Positions 1-10,516 of a DNA stretch of 64,000 nucleotides are shown one piece after another; the stretch's first letter is position 1, and each line of letters begins with the position of its first letter. The position numbers were made by a program, and so were the translations under genes. Source of the DNA: Candidatus Bathyarchaeum tardum (GTDB lineage Archaea > Thermoproteota > Bathyarchaeia > Bathyarchaeales > Bathyarchaeaceae); the NCBI GenBank assembly GCA_024650005.2, contig CP122380.1:864001-928000 (forward strand), written 5' to 3'. The notes beneath the pieces were generated by a model. It worked only from the letters and a program-made list of their open reading frames with translations, searched no databases and had not been told where the DNA came from.

Positions 1-255
1 AAATTTACCATAAATCTAAACGGCTAGTATTACGGTTTATAGCAATTGCTCCGATGTCATACAATTCGTATATTATAATTTGTACATATCGAATCTTTAA
101 TATTACCCATAAGGCTGCGATGTTGTAACCCTGGCAAACAATCTAATATGTTAAATTGGTAATTATTTTTTGAATAACAAATATGGATTCTTAATATGTC
201 CTAAATCGACATAAATCTTAATAAGATTGCAATCGACTAATAAAACTTGATTAAA

Positions 256-375
256 ATGATTTCTCGTTCATGTGACAAAATATTTGCAAAAATTGCACAA
301 ACAGTCATGCGCAAGCAACTGGACAGTTTTGTCAGCAAGAACAAAAAAGTTTTTGATGAACTTGCTGATAATTAA
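256..375 (+). CDS. Putative 39-aa antitoxin of the downstream Doc/Fic toxin (not in ORF track)
   Basis: ATG 256 to TAA 375 gives MISRSCDKIFAKIAQTVMRKQLDSFVSKNKKVFDELADN. It ends 16 nt before the Doc ORF, and the FDELA end resembles short Doc antitoxin helices. Confidence 0.6.
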   Translation: MISRSCDKIFAKIAQTVMRKQLDSFVSKNKKVFDELADN

Positions 376-391
376 AAAACGGCAGTTCTAA

Positions 392-943
392 ATGCGTATC
401 AATTTCGGAAAAAATGGAATTCTAATAATACATAATTATGTTGTTAAAAATCTCGTTGCTGTAGACGGCGTAAATTATGTTGGAATGATACAGGGCAGTA
501 TTGATAGAGCATATACAACTGTAAATGGCAAAGAAGTTTTTCCTCATATTATGGACAAAGCAGGTTCAATTCTTTATTCTATGGTAAGATTTCATCCTTT
601 TGCTGATGGCTGTAAAAGGACAGGATTATTGACTGCTTATTTGTTTCTTTTTTATAATGGATATTATCTACAAATTCCACAAGATAGCGCTAAATTTTTA
701 GAAGGGATTGCTGCATCGGAAGATCCTGATGAAGAAAATGAATTAAAAGTTATTTTGTGGATACGAAAACATTGTGTAATAGATGCTGTAACAATTTTGA
801 CCAATGCCTTTATGACGATGCTAACACTTGCTGGATTAAACATTGAAAGATATACAAGTTATCTGTTAAAAAACGACGCGCTGCTTGATGAACTTAGAGA
901 AAAATTCAGAGACGGAAACCTAGAAGAAAGTAACCGATTATGA
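392..943 (+). CDS. Fic/Doc (death-on-curing) family protein
   Basis: Fic/Doc motif variant HPFADGCKRTG, preceded by typical 'DKAGSILYSMVRF'. Confidence 0.85.
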   Translation: MRINFGKNGILIIHNYVVKNLVAVDGVNYVGMIQGSIDRAYTTVNGKEVFPHIMDKAGSILYSMVRFHPFADGCKRTGLLTAYLFLFYNGYYLQIPQDSAKFLEGIAASEDPDEENELKVILWIRKHCVIDAVTILTNAFMTMLTLAGLNIERYTSYLLKNDALLDELREKFRDGNLEESNRL

Positions 944-1106
944 TGACAAATAACTTAACAGTATCCAAAAAACAAAACAAAGGACAAAATACACATTTCT
1001 AGCAAAACAACGATGTCCCATAAACAACGTACTCCACATTTTTCGTAAACAATAAATTGGGTTCTGCCCCAAGAGTGTTAAACTCTACCATAGGCGCTGC
1101 AAAAAA

Positions 1107-2108
1107 ATGAAAAAACTTTCAGGAAAAATACGCACAATAATGATTCCAGTACAAATTGCAGTAAGCATATTGATATTATACCTGCTGTTCCAAAACGTAA
1201 ATTTAACCGAAACTTACCACATATTATCTCAAGTTAACATCCCAATTTTGCTCCTGTCCACCATATTTTTCTTGCTAGCATCTTTCGCCATCGGCTTTGG
1301 ACTGCATGCAGCATTAAAAAGCGTTAACTCTGCACCATCCATGAAAACTACTCAACTAGCAAACTTTGGAGGACAACTGCTTAGTGACATTACCCCCGCA
1401 AAATCAGGATACTTCGCAACCCCAGTGCTGCTTAACCAACTGGAAAAAGTTCCGTACGAAAAAGGGTTAATGAGCGTCATGTCAGTGGGAGCAATCAACT
1501 TTTTCATAAAAGCAATTTTTGCAACTACCGCTTTAGTTTACTTCATAAACCGTATTCCTATTGACCCAACAATGACTAACGCTATGCTGATTGGCATTGC
1601 CATACTGCTAGCAGCAGGAATAGGACTAACCGTACTTGTATGGACCAACTGCTTTAGCGAACTGCTGCTAAAACTAGCCAAAATCCCGGTAATAGGCAAA
1701 CTAATCAAAAAACTATGCGAAATACGAACCATGTTCACCAAAGACAAAACAGGCATACAAAAATCAGCCGTAACCATCATTTTAACTGTAGTAGCTTCCA
1801 TAATTTTCAGCGGAATCTCCTTATACATACTCGCCCAAGCCATGGGACTGACCCAACCCACTTTTCAAGACTTTTTTCTAATGGGACCCTTAACTGCAGT
1901 ATTCATGTACGTCCCAGTAACCTTCGCAGGCCTTGGACTGCAAGAAGCAGCATACGTATTCTTGCTAACAAACATAGGCGCCCCAATAGAAATCGCGTTG
2001 CCCTTTGCCCTTTTGATCAGAATATTAGCTGTAACCACGGACCTGATTGGATTGCCCCCATTGCTAAAAACCAGCACTGGAATATTCAAAAAACTCGACA
2101 AAAACTAA
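1107..2108 (+). CDS. Flippase-like lysylphosphatidylglycerol synthase TM-domain membrane protein (UPF0104)
   Basis: About 8 TM helices; motifs 'DITPAKSG', 'PVTFAGLGLQE' and 'ALLIR'. Confidence 0.8.
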   Translation: MKKLSGKIRTIMIPVQIAVSILILYLLFQNVNLTETYHILSQVNIPILLLSTIFFLLASFAIGFGLHAALKSVNSAPSMKTTQLANFGGQLLSDITPAKSGYFATPVLLNQLEKVPYEKGLMSVMSVGAINFFIKAIFATTALVYFINRIPIDPTMTNAMLIGIAILLAAGIGLTVLVWTNCFSELLLKLAKIPVIGKLIKKLCEIRTMFTKDKTGIQKSAVTIILTVVASIIFSGISLYILAQAMGLTQPTFQDFFLMGPLTAVFMYVPVTFAGLGLQEAAYVFLLTNIGAPIEIALPFALLIRILAVTTDLIGLPPLLKTSTGIFKKLDKN

Positions 2109-2178
2109 CCCCAAAACACAGCCAATTTTTAAAAAAAAGAAAGAAAATGGGATAAAAAATATCCCAACAGCTTGATGT

Positions 2179-3342
2179 TTAATCAGAATACGGCGCGTAT
2201 CCAGCAGCAGCATTGAAAAGGTTAGCCATGTCAAGGCGTATTTGCCCGGAACCTTTGCCTTTGGCGGTTAAAGCAGCGTAGGCATCTTCAGCAGTTACTG
2301 GAATCATGTCAAAGTATGCTTCAAGAATCTCATCTGTGATTCGAGGTTCACCTTCGTGGGGGACACTGTATCTGCCAGGGTTTTCTCCAAGATAAACAGC
2401 AATATTATGTTTCCAAAAACCAGGGGATAAACCGTCAAGTTCTTGCTCACAAACTGGTAAAACTATTCCAGCTCCGAGGAACAATCCACTTGTACCTCGA
2501 CCTGCCCAGTCTTGATCTTCATTTGCACCATAAACTGGAATCGACTCGATTTGAACACACAAATATTCATGATTCTCTGGAATTGATATGCTATCTGTGT
2601 ATGTGTCCCAGGCTCTGCCATCACTTGCATACAATGGATACGTTAAACCACTAGATTGAGCACCTACAGCATCTACAACAGTTTCAACAGGAACCCCTGT
2701 TCCAGTTATCGTCCAAACATCGTTTGGCCTGTCATCGTGTTCAGTTCCTGCACTAAACAAAACCATTTCAACGTCACGAATGTTTGTACACGCATCAAAC
2801 GGGAAGCAAACAACATCACTGTTTGGGCCAAGATCAGGATCCCAACCAAACCAGAAACCATCGGAACCATCCATCCAGATTACACGACTCACGGGAAGGC
2901 TTTCATCTTCATAGATTACAACCAGCCCGGCACCATAATTTCTCCACAGTTCTACTCCAGAAATTGTGTACGTGTTATCTCCTGAGGACACAAGACCAGT
3001 TACATCTTTAACGTAAACAAAGGTGTACTCAGCCCAATTTCCCCAAGGTTCTTCTAAGGTAACATCTGCTACAACATCAACAGCATCAAAAGTCACCTCG
3101 TCGTCACCTAATCCTGCACCGTCAATGCCAGCCCAGTACAAGTAAGCAACCTCAACTGTACCAGGAACATTAATTTGAATGTCACCAGTGGTTAAATCTT
3201 CTAAGCCTACACCTGCAGCAACAATGCCGTAATGGCCGGTCATGTCAACCTTGCTCGTAAATGCAACGTCAGCAAACACTGAAGGAACTATTGTTCCCAT
3301 CATTAACGCAGTTAACATTAAGAAAACTATCTGTTTTTTCAT
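2179..3342 (-). CDS. Secreted/surface beta-rich protein
   Basis: Signal peptide MKKQIVFLMLTALMMGTIVPSVFA; 'AYLYWAG' and 'GAGLVVIYED' (DUF3344-like); C-terminal GLSPGFWKHN motif. Confidence 0.7.
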   Translation of the reverse strand: MKKQIVFLMLTALMMGTIVPSVFADVAFTSKVDMTGHYGIVAAGVGLEDLTTGDIQINVPGTVEVAYLYWAGIDGAGLGDDEVTFDAVDVVADVTLEEPWGNWAEYTFVYVKDVTGLVSSGDNTYTISGVELWRNYGAGLVVIYEDESLPVSRVIWMDGSDGFWFGWDPDLGPNSDVVCFPFDACTNIRDVEMVLFSAGTEHDDRPNDVWTITGTGVPVETVVDAVGAQSSGLTYPLYASDGRAWDTYTDSISIPENHEYLCVQIESIPVYGANEDQDWAGRGTSGLFLGAGIVLPVCEQELDGLSPGFWKHNIAVYLGENPGRYSVPHEGEPRITDEILEAYFDMIPVTAEDAYAALTAKGKGSGQIRLDMANLFNAAAGYAPYSD

Positions 3343-3525
3343 CTTCTTTATCTCCTACTAAAAACAAGTTAAGAGGATATTTAATAATTCAGGAAATTAC
3401 TTCTATAAAAAAACCCAACTTTTAACCGAAAAAAAAACAAATAAAAATTTCAATACAATTAACAAAGAATCTGAAAAAACAAAAAACCTCAATAACTTTT
3501 TATACAATGCAACTGTTTAAACGCT

Positions 3526-4422
3526 ATGCGCAATAAACTAAAAGGATTCCTTTCATTCATTTCTTTTGAACGGGGAATAATGCTGTTCATGATAAACATG
3601 GGCGCAACATTTCTTATTGCAAAGAGTTCACATTTACCTGACGCTGTTTATTTGGGAATTATCGCTTTTTTCTTATGGAGCGGAGTGGACGCTATAAACA
3701 ACGTTTACGACGTTGACTTGGACGTAAAATCTGACCCCAAACGAGCAGAATACACAAAAAACCTTGGAAAACTAGGATTAGCCATATCTTTAGGGCTATT
3801 TGCGGTTACCATGAGCCTGGGCGCAGCAACAGGAATACTATCAGTAGTAATGTTCATTTTCATAGGAATCTTCGCAGGAGTAATATATTCAGTCCCCCCG
3901 TTCCGGCTTAGGCAGACCATATACAAACCCATTGTTAACTTATCCGTAGGAGCAGTACCAGTTTTAATCGTAGCTGCCTTTTACAATGTTTTTTCAATTC
4001 AAATATTCGCTTTAATTTTGCTAATGGGAATATCCACTGCAGTGAACAGCTTATGGGAAGACTTAGCAGACTACAAATCCGACTTTACCGCCAAAGCCAA
4101 AACAACCCTGGTCGTATTAGGATTCAAACGAGGACTTTACTTGACCATAATCTTAGGATACAGCCTGATACCCCTGATGATAATAGTAGGAATACTATTC
4201 CAACTAAACACCATATATTTTGCAATTCTAGCCGCCCTTATCACCTTCATATCTATAAGACTGATACAAAGCCGACACATCATAACCGGAAAACCCAAAC
4301 AAGAAACCATGCTAAAAGCAGGAGAATCCTTTGCTAGAGACTTTGTAATCGTAGCGCTGGTTCACACCACAAACCTGATGATAAGCGGATACCTAACATT
4401 TCAACCAATCATAACAGTATAA
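3526..4422 (+). CDS. UbiA-family prenyltransferase
   Basis: Asp-rich motifs NNVYDVDLD and EDLADYKSD; 'YSVPPFRLR'; multiple TM helices. Confidence 0.85.
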   Translation: MRNKLKGFLSFISFERGIMLFMINMGATFLIAKSSHLPDAVYLGIIAFFLWSGVDAINNVYDVDLDVKSDPKRAEYTKNLGKLGLAISLGLFAVTMSLGAATGILSVVMFIFIGIFAGVIYSVPPFRLRQTIYKPIVNLSVGAVPVLIVAAFYNVFSIQIFALILLMGISTAVNSLWEDLADYKSDFTAKAKTTLVVLGFKRGLYLTIILGYSLIPLMIIVGILFQLNTIYFAILAALITFISIRLIQSRHIITGKPKQETMLKAGESFARDFVIVALVHTTNLMISGYLTFQPIITV

Positions 4423-4498
4423 AAAACTCCCAAAAAACGAATTCTCGAACAATTAATAAACACCTATGAAAACTAATTTTTCAAGGTGAAATTTTATA

Positions 4499-5002
4499 AT
4501 GAGCAAAACTTCTGAAAACCTGAAAAATGCTTTTGCTGGGGAATCCCAGGCTAACCGAACATATTTGGCCTTTGCTAAAAAAGCAGAAAAAGACGGACAG
4601 CCCCAAATCGCTAAACTTTTCAGGGCAGCAGCTAAAGCAGAAACGGTTCATGCTTTGAACCATTTAGAAATAATCGGAAAAACAAAATCCACTTTAGAAA
4701 ACTTGCAAACAGCAGTTTCAGGGGAAACCTTTGAGTTTGACGAAATGTACCCAAACTACATTGAAACCGCCAAACAAGAAGGAAACAAAAAAGCAGAATG
4801 GAGCTTTAACATCGCTAACCAAGTTGAACAGATCCATGCTAACCTGTTCTCTAAAGCTATTGAAGCGCTGCAAAACAAAACCGAACTAAAAGACAATGAC
4901 TACTACGTATGTGAAGTATGCGGCAACACCGTAGAGGGCTCAGCGCCTGAAAAATGCCCAATATGCGGAGTTTCAAAAGAACGATTCGAAAGAATCTGCT
5001 AA
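4499..5002 (+). CDS. rbr: Rubrerythrin
   Basis: AFAGESQA, ETVHA, GETFE and EQIHA diiron motifs; C-terminal CEVC...CPIC rubredoxin domain. Confidence 0.95.
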   Translation: MSKTSENLKNAFAGESQANRTYLAFAKKAEKDGQPQIAKLFRAAAKAETVHALNHLEIIGKTKSTLENLQTAVSGETFEFDEMYPNYIETAKQEGNKKAEWSFNIANQVEQIHANLFSKAIEALQNKTELKDNDYYVCEVCGNTVEGSAPEKCPICGVSKERFERIC

Positions 5003-5079
5003 CTGTTGTTCCCAAAAAATTTAGCTTTCAATAATTAATGCAACAAATACAAGAGATACAAAATATCGTTAATTGTTCG

Positions 5080-5424
5080 CTACTGCTCGGAAACTGCAGT
5101 AGTGAGCAACTCATCATGTTTTTGCTGGCTAATTTTTTTAACATAAGGCGCAGGGTTTACTGAACGCTGAGTGATTAAGCGTTGTTGTATGAATTTGTAG
5201 CCGCAGTCGCATTTGAATCCAATAATTTCATCATTTTCTTTTATTAGGCCATGAATACGGGTTGATTTGCATCCGCTTTGTTGCTTGTGAATTTTCCAAG
5301 TTAAAGCCAAATCATCTATAGTTAAAGGCTGAACAGTTTTTGCTTTGAAAAAATACCATACTAAATATGTGCCTAGTGCTATCCAAAAACCAAAAGCTAA
5401 CAAATCTAACATGTTAATCAACAT
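5080..5424 (-). CDS. Small membrane-anchored protein with possible metal-binding motif
   Basis: N-terminal TM helix; H...C...CxC ('GFKCDCGY'). Confidence 0.65.
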   Translation of the reverse strand: MLINMLDLLAFGFWIALGTYLVWYFFKAKTVQPLTIDDLALTWKIHKQQSGCKSTRIHGLIKENDEIIGFKCDCGYKFIQQRLITQRSVNPAPYVKKISQQKHDELLTTAVSEQ

Positions 5425-5778
5425 CCATTATTTTTTCATAAATACAATCAGTTAGGTTAAGCCCTTCCCCCAGCAACAGGTTTTCTACAGTGAACACTAA
5501 TCTTTGCAGAATAGAAACCCGAATCTAATTCAAGCAACGTTAGCTTTTCCACGGTATCCACTTACCACCCAACTATGGCTTATTTTGCCAAAAATTACAT
5601 CAGCAAAAGCAGATTTTAAGTTGTATGAAAGCTTGGTATGAATTAACATTAACTATTCCTGTTCCGATTTAGAATCAGATTAAAACATCGAAAACTACCC
5701 AAACAAACAATTCCACAAAATTGAGCAAAAACACTACCCAAACAGAAAAAGGGCTGCAAGGGAATTAATGCAGAACCA

Positions 5779-6525
5779 TTAGGCTTGAATTCTTTCTTTT
5801 TTCAGTGCCTTGCGGAAAGTTTTGCCACAGTCGTTACATTTGTATAAGCCAATTGTTAGTTTGAGCCGTTCACCTGATTTACTTGGACGCCCAGTCATTT
5901 CCCAGCTTTTAGTTAGGTTCGTCAAAGATTGACAATCGGGACATTCTGCAACCTCTGGATTCTTTAATGCATTAAGCAATTCAGCTCTAAGAGTCTCTCC
6001 GGTGCTCTGGATGCTTACTAGCCTGTCTGCAAGTTGAGTTTCTTTGAACACGTCTTGGATCCACCGGGCAAAATCGCCTCTGTTTTGGTGGAACTCTAAA
6101 GAATCAGTTGGAACTTTTGCAACCTTCTTTTTTAACTCGTCAATGTTGAAAGCAGCCTCAAAAAGTGGCTTATTGAAAGCTTCGTAGAAATAGAATCCCC
6201 ATTCTGAAGTGACCTTTTCGTCTTGCTCCACTGGAATATTCAATTTCGGCAGGTCTCCACAGTCCTTTTTATATTCCGCGAGAAGGCACTTAACTGTTTC
6301 CTCCCAATTTTTTGCGTTCATTCTTCGATAATACATGGTTTCACGTTTGCGGGGATCATCTGAAAAGTTGGTTTCAAGATATCGAGTAAAGGTTTCACGA
6401 AGATCTGAACTACCTCCTAGATAGATCAGGTTTCGGTTTTCGTCGTAAAAAGCGTAGACACCAGTCTCGTTTGGAACACCTTTTGCTCGTTCTCCCCATA
6501 AATACAGGTTACCTAGGATTGGCAT
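5779..6525 (-). CDS. Fusion protein: degenerate GIY-YIG-like domain + DUF5752-like domain + Cren7-like zinc ribbon
   Basis: GVYAFYD...IYLG; FYFY...SLEFHQNRGDFARWIQDVF; CPDC...KSWEM...IGLYKCNDCGKTFRK. Confidence 0.7.
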   Translation of the reverse strand: MPILGNLYLWGERAKGVPNETGVYAFYDENRNLIYLGGSSDLRETFTRYLETNFSDDPRKRETMYYRRMNAKNWEETVKCLLAEYKKDCGDLPKLNIPVEQDEKVTSEWGFYFYEAFNKPLFEAAFNIDELKKKVAKVPTDSLEFHQNRGDFARWIQDVFKETQLADRLVSIQSTGETLRAELLNALKNPEVAECPDCQSLTNLTKSWEMTGRPSKSGERLKLTIGLYKCNDCGKTFRKALKKERIQA

Positions 6526-6737
6526 CTTAAATCAACTAAAATATTATGTTACGGCATATTTATGAAGCCTTTGGCGATTTTTTTGACAAAAAAGCTTCGC
6601 AAATACAATATAAACAAAAAAACCAATTGATTTGTCACCTAATCCAGCTTACTGCGCATTCATGTGCCCTTTGGGAAACAAAAACAACATTTTTACTAAC
6701 TAAATCTTTTTGCTTTAATCTGCTAAACTCGAAACAG

Positions 6738-7283
6738 TTACGCGGGAACCAAACAGGCAGTCAGTTTCTCGGAAACCCCTACGTGCAAGGTTTTACGATT
6801 CTCGTAAGTTACATGGACAATTTCAGCGTCTGGTCTTCCTTTAAGGTTCTCAACAAGAGGATGCTTACTTTTACAATGAATAGTCGCCAACAACGGTTTG
6901 TTGGATTCGATAGCTTGAACCAAAGCTGCACTAAAAGCAGTTGAAGAAAGCTCCATGGGGCCAACCTCATCAATTGCAATTACATCTCCATGTTGAATAG
7001 CTTCAACAATTGCACTTGCACCTAACACGTCTAGGTCAACCAAGTTAACCGTGTATTTGCTGATTTTAGGACCTTGAAACTGATTTATGTGCGCTAACCA
7101 TCCTTTTTGTCCGGTGGACAAATCCATTATTTCAAAACCTACTCGCGAACCACCTTCCCGGATGTCGGCGCTAAGCATGCCACCGATTTTAAGACCTTTC
7201 TGTTTAAGACTATTTACTGTCCGATGGAATACACTTGACTTTCCAATACATGGAGGCCCCGTTAGAAGTATAATCCTTTTCAA
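6738..7283 (-). CDS. NTPase (THEP1/NTPase_1 family)
   Basis: LTGPPCIGKS Walker A; 'RVGFEI'; IDEVGPMEL Walker B. Confidence 0.9.
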   Translation of the reverse strand: MKRIILLTGPPCIGKSSVFHRTVNSLKQKGLKIGGMLSADIREGGSRVGFEIMDLSTGQKGWLAHINQFQGPKISKYTVNLVDLDVLGASAIVEAIQHGDVIAIDEVGPMELSSTAFSAALVQAIESNKPLLATIHCKSKHPLVENLKGRPDAEIVHVTYENRKTLHVGVSEKLTACLVPA

Positions 7284-7368
7284 TGTTGCCTACCCCAACA
7301 ACAATAGACTTAACTCTAATATGTACTTGTAACAATAAAAAATTTGGCGTGCACAGGAGTCATGAAAC

Positions 7369-8568
7369 TTGGAGTTTGGGTTCCCCACTGAAAAAATACA
7401 AGAAGGCAAAACAGCAATAATAGTGCCCAAACTTAGTGCTTACACAAAAAAAGCTTCAGATTACGCCCCATCCAAGGCTCCAGTTTTCTATAACCCAGTA
7501 ATGGAACTTAACCGAGACTTTGCAGTTGTCGCACTTCAGGCTTTCCAAAGAATGGCTGAACGGGAACTGTACGTTTCTGAACCCATGACCGGATGCGGAT
7601 TACGGGGCACAAGAATTGCAGTCGAAGTGGAAGGAATCCAAAAAGTAGTCGTTAACGACATTAACCCCCTTGCTACAAAGATTGCTAAATATAATGCAGA
7701 AATCAACCAAGTTTCAAAAGTTTTCGAAACAGCAACTGAAGACGCTAACCTTTTTCTCACTAAACATGCTGCACCTAAACAAAGGTTCGATTACGTTGAC
7801 GTTGACCCTTTTGGCACCCCTGTTCCGTACATGGATTCTGCATTACGGTCCTTACGTAATGGAGGAATGATTGCATTAACTGCAACAGACATGGCTCCGT
7901 TATGTGGAGTTCATCCCCGGGCATGTTTACGAAAATATGGCGGAGTTCCGTTGCGAACAGAATACTGTCACGAACTGGCGGTACGCTTAGTTTCTGGATG
8001 CTTAGTGATGATGGCTGCAAAACACGAAACCGGAATCAACGTAGTATTCAGCCACAGCAACGACCATTATGTTCGAGTCTATGCAACCTTAAAAAACGGC
8101 GCCAAAGTCTCAGACAACAGCATAAAACAAATGGGATACATTTTACATTGTTTTTCATGCCTTCACCGAGAACCATCCCCAGGAATAACTGCCTCAATAA
8201 AACATGCATGCCCAAACTGTGGAAACAAAATGAACGTTGCAGGTCCGTTATGGCTCGGTAGAATTGTGGACAAAACCTTTTGCTCATCAATGCTTAAGGA
8301 AATGGAACAAAGAAACCTTCGACAACAAAAACGGCTTCTAAAGATGTTAAACTTGCTTCAAAACGAAGCTGAAGCACCAATAACTTACTATCGCGTGGAC
8401 TACATCTGTGATAAATTGAATTTACCGGTTCCACCTCAAATTAAGGTCCTAGAAAAATTGAATGAAAAGGGATACCAAGCTGTTTTAACCCATTTTAACA
8501 GCAGGGGATTCAAAACAAATGCGCCATCAGATAAAGTGACTGAAATCGTAACAAAACTTGTAACGTAA
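7369..8568 (+). CDS. trm1: tRNA (guanine26-N2)-dimethyltransferase
   Basis: VFYNPVMELNRD, DVDPFGTP, TATDMAPLCG; CFSC/CPNC zinc finger; GPLWLG. Confidence 0.95.
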   Translation: MEFGFPTEKIQEGKTAIIVPKLSAYTKKASDYAPSKAPVFYNPVMELNRDFAVVALQAFQRMAERELYVSEPMTGCGLRGTRIAVEVEGIQKVVVNDINPLATKIAKYNAEINQVSKVFETATEDANLFLTKHAAPKQRFDYVDVDPFGTPVPYMDSALRSLRNGGMIALTATDMAPLCGVHPRACLRKYGGVPLRTEYCHELAVRLVSGCLVMMAAKHETGINVVFSHSNDHYVRVYATLKNGAKVSDNSIKQMGYILHCFSCLHREPSPGITASIKHACPNCGNKMNVAGPLWLGRIVDKTFCSSMLKEMEQRNLRQQKRLLKMLNLLQNEAEAPITYYRVDYICDKLNLPVPPQIKVLEKLNEKGYQAVLTHFNSRGFKTNAPSDKVTEIVTKLVT

Positions 8569-8627
8569 TACTTCATTGAAAAAATAAAATAACATCATCT
8601 GGGTATACCTCAAGTGTTTGGTGCATA

Positions 8628-9896
8628 ATGTTGAAAACATCGTTACACGTTTTACTGTTCACCTTCTGGATGTGTACCGTGGTGTTCTCAGCACCGATTT
8701 TTGGGTTACCTGTAAACCAAGAGGTGCCCGTTACAAATCAACTGCAGGTCAATACAATTTCTGAAGGATACATTCTGTCAACAGATTCTAATTACGAAAC
8801 ATATGACCGCTATTATATAGAAAACGAAAAACTTTACGTATGGGTTTGGTCTTCAAAGTTAGACCCATACAACATTGGTGACCATTATTGTCAACTCACT
8901 CTGGACAAGTATGTGCACAAATTTTACCTTAACTATGACCAGAACATGAGCCAACCCAACTCTTTCACTGGTTCCTTTGACTTGTCACGGTTAGAAAAAT
9001 CAGGGGACTGGGCGGTTCAAATCTATTTGCGGACCTCACCACCTAAGCCAGAAACCTTTGAAGAAAACGATGTAATTCACGTTTTAGAGCAAGCTCCACA
9101 GACGCATCTGTTGACTGTTTCTTCATGGCCGATTTCCGATGTTATTTTCACCTTGAATGGGACAAATTGGATAACACAATTTTCCAGTTCGGTAAAAGAA
9201 GCAGCATATACTATTGTAATGCCCCCAAACGTAACTGTTAACAAAAAAACTTACGACTTTCTTGAATGGGAAAATGGAGCAACTTTACAAACCAGAACAA
9301 TAAACCTGACTGATGATAGATTTGTTACAGCATATTATGTTGCTCAAAATGAAACGTTTAGTTCAACAATTACCGGAATAGTTACAGATAATCTGGGAAA
9401 TCCAATCCCATCTGCAAAAGTCACAATTATAGAAACCAAAAATTTTACTTTCACTGTTTCAGATCCTGCTGGACAATACTTGTTTGAAAATCTATCTGAA
9501 GGCATTTACACCCTTAAAGTAGAAGCTGAAGGATACAACACAACTCTAACTGCTCTTGCTGTGGAACCCAATAACGATCATACACAAAATTTTGCACTAA
9601 GTTCAGCAACAACAAAAGACGAAGGCGGAGAATTAGAAGCATGGCAAATTGGCTTAGTTGTTCTGACATTGATTGGAGCAACTATGTTACTAATGTTGTG
9701 GAGAAGCCGAAAAAGATTCATGAAAAAAATCAAAAAAACAGAATACAAAAAGAGCCTCGAAAAAGTTAGATTAAATGCGAGTCTACAAGAGTTGAAAGAC
9801 CTTCGTCAGAAAGGGCTCTTGAGTGAAAAAGCCTACGAAGAAATGCAAAAACAGTTGAAAGAAGACCTTGCAAAAATTATGGAAACAAAAAATTAA
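8628..9896 (+). CDS. Membrane-anchored surface protein with carboxypeptidase-regulatory-like Ig domain and SHOCT-like tail
   Basis: Signal peptide; ITGIVTD..GNPIPSAKV...GQYLFENL..GIYTL..EAEGY; TM helix; 'LRQKGLLSEKAYEEM'. Confidence 0.75.
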   Translation: MLKTSLHVLLFTFWMCTVVFSAPIFGLPVNQEVPVTNQLQVNTISEGYILSTDSNYETYDRYYIENEKLYVWVWSSKLDPYNIGDHYCQLTLDKYVHKFYLNYDQNMSQPNSFTGSFDLSRLEKSGDWAVQIYLRTSPPKPETFEENDVIHVLEQAPQTHLLTVSSWPISDVIFTLNGTNWITQFSSSVKEAAYTIVMPPNVTVNKKTYDFLEWENGATLQTRTINLTDDRFVTAYYVAQNETFSSTITGIVTDNLGNPIPSAKVTIIETKNFTFTVSDPAGQYLFENLSEGIYTLKVEAEGYNTTLTALAVEPNNDHTQNFALSSATTKDEGGELEAWQIGLVVLTLIGATMLLMLWRSRKRFMKKIKKTEYKKSLEKVRLNASLQELKDLRQKGLLSEKAYEEMQKQLKEDLAKIMETKN

Positions 9897-10516
9897 TTGT
9901 CTAAACCAAGCAATGTAACTAATTCAATCTGGTCCTGCAGTTGATTAACCACGTTTCTAAAAACTGTTTGATATTCCCTGCGCATGGTTTGGTAAATTGA
10001 TTCACTGATTTTTCCTTGGGCTAAATCGTCGTCAAGTTTGTTTAATACCTTGCTTAAGCTTGTTTTTTGAACCTGCAAAGACAACAGCTGGGTTGGCACT
10101 GGAAAACATTCTCGTGGCAACTCAATAACAGGTCCTATGGCTTCTCTGATTTTTTCACCAGAACTTGATTCAACAGTTTGCATTTCTTGGAAACGATATG
10201 CAGCAAGCAAGAAACGGACGTCTTTTTTTCCAAGATTAAGTTTTTCGACTATTCCTGACGGAATTAAAGTTTTTTTGAGTAGTTGCCGTACAATATCCAT
10301 TTCACGTTTAGTTACTGTATCATACATATCGCCAACAATTTCTCGAAGTTTAACAGGTTCACGTTTTTCATAGATTTTCTTTGCCAGGGACAAAAGTATC
10401 TTGTGTACAAGAAGTTCTTCTTGTTTCTCAGTTGGTTGTTTAACGTACTTGGCTGATTTTTCTGAAACTGGATTGACACGTAACAAACGTTGAACTAACT
10501 CTTTTTCCCATGACAT
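9893..10516 (-). CDS. Hypothetical protein (wHTH-like core, SHOCT-like C-terminus)
   Basis: 207-aa ORF; 'LDDDLAQGKISESIYQTMRREY'. Confidence 0.7.
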   Translation of the reverse strand: MSWEKELVQRLLRVNPVSEKSAKYVKQPTEKQEELLVHKILLSLAKKIYEKREPVKLREIVGDMYDTVTKREMDIVRQLLKKTLIPSGIVEKLNLGKKDVRFLLAAYRFQEMQTVESSSGEKIREAIGPVIELPRECFPVPTQLLSLQVQKTSLSKVLNKLDDDLAQGKISESIYQTMRREYQTVFRNVVNQLQDQIELVTLLGLDN

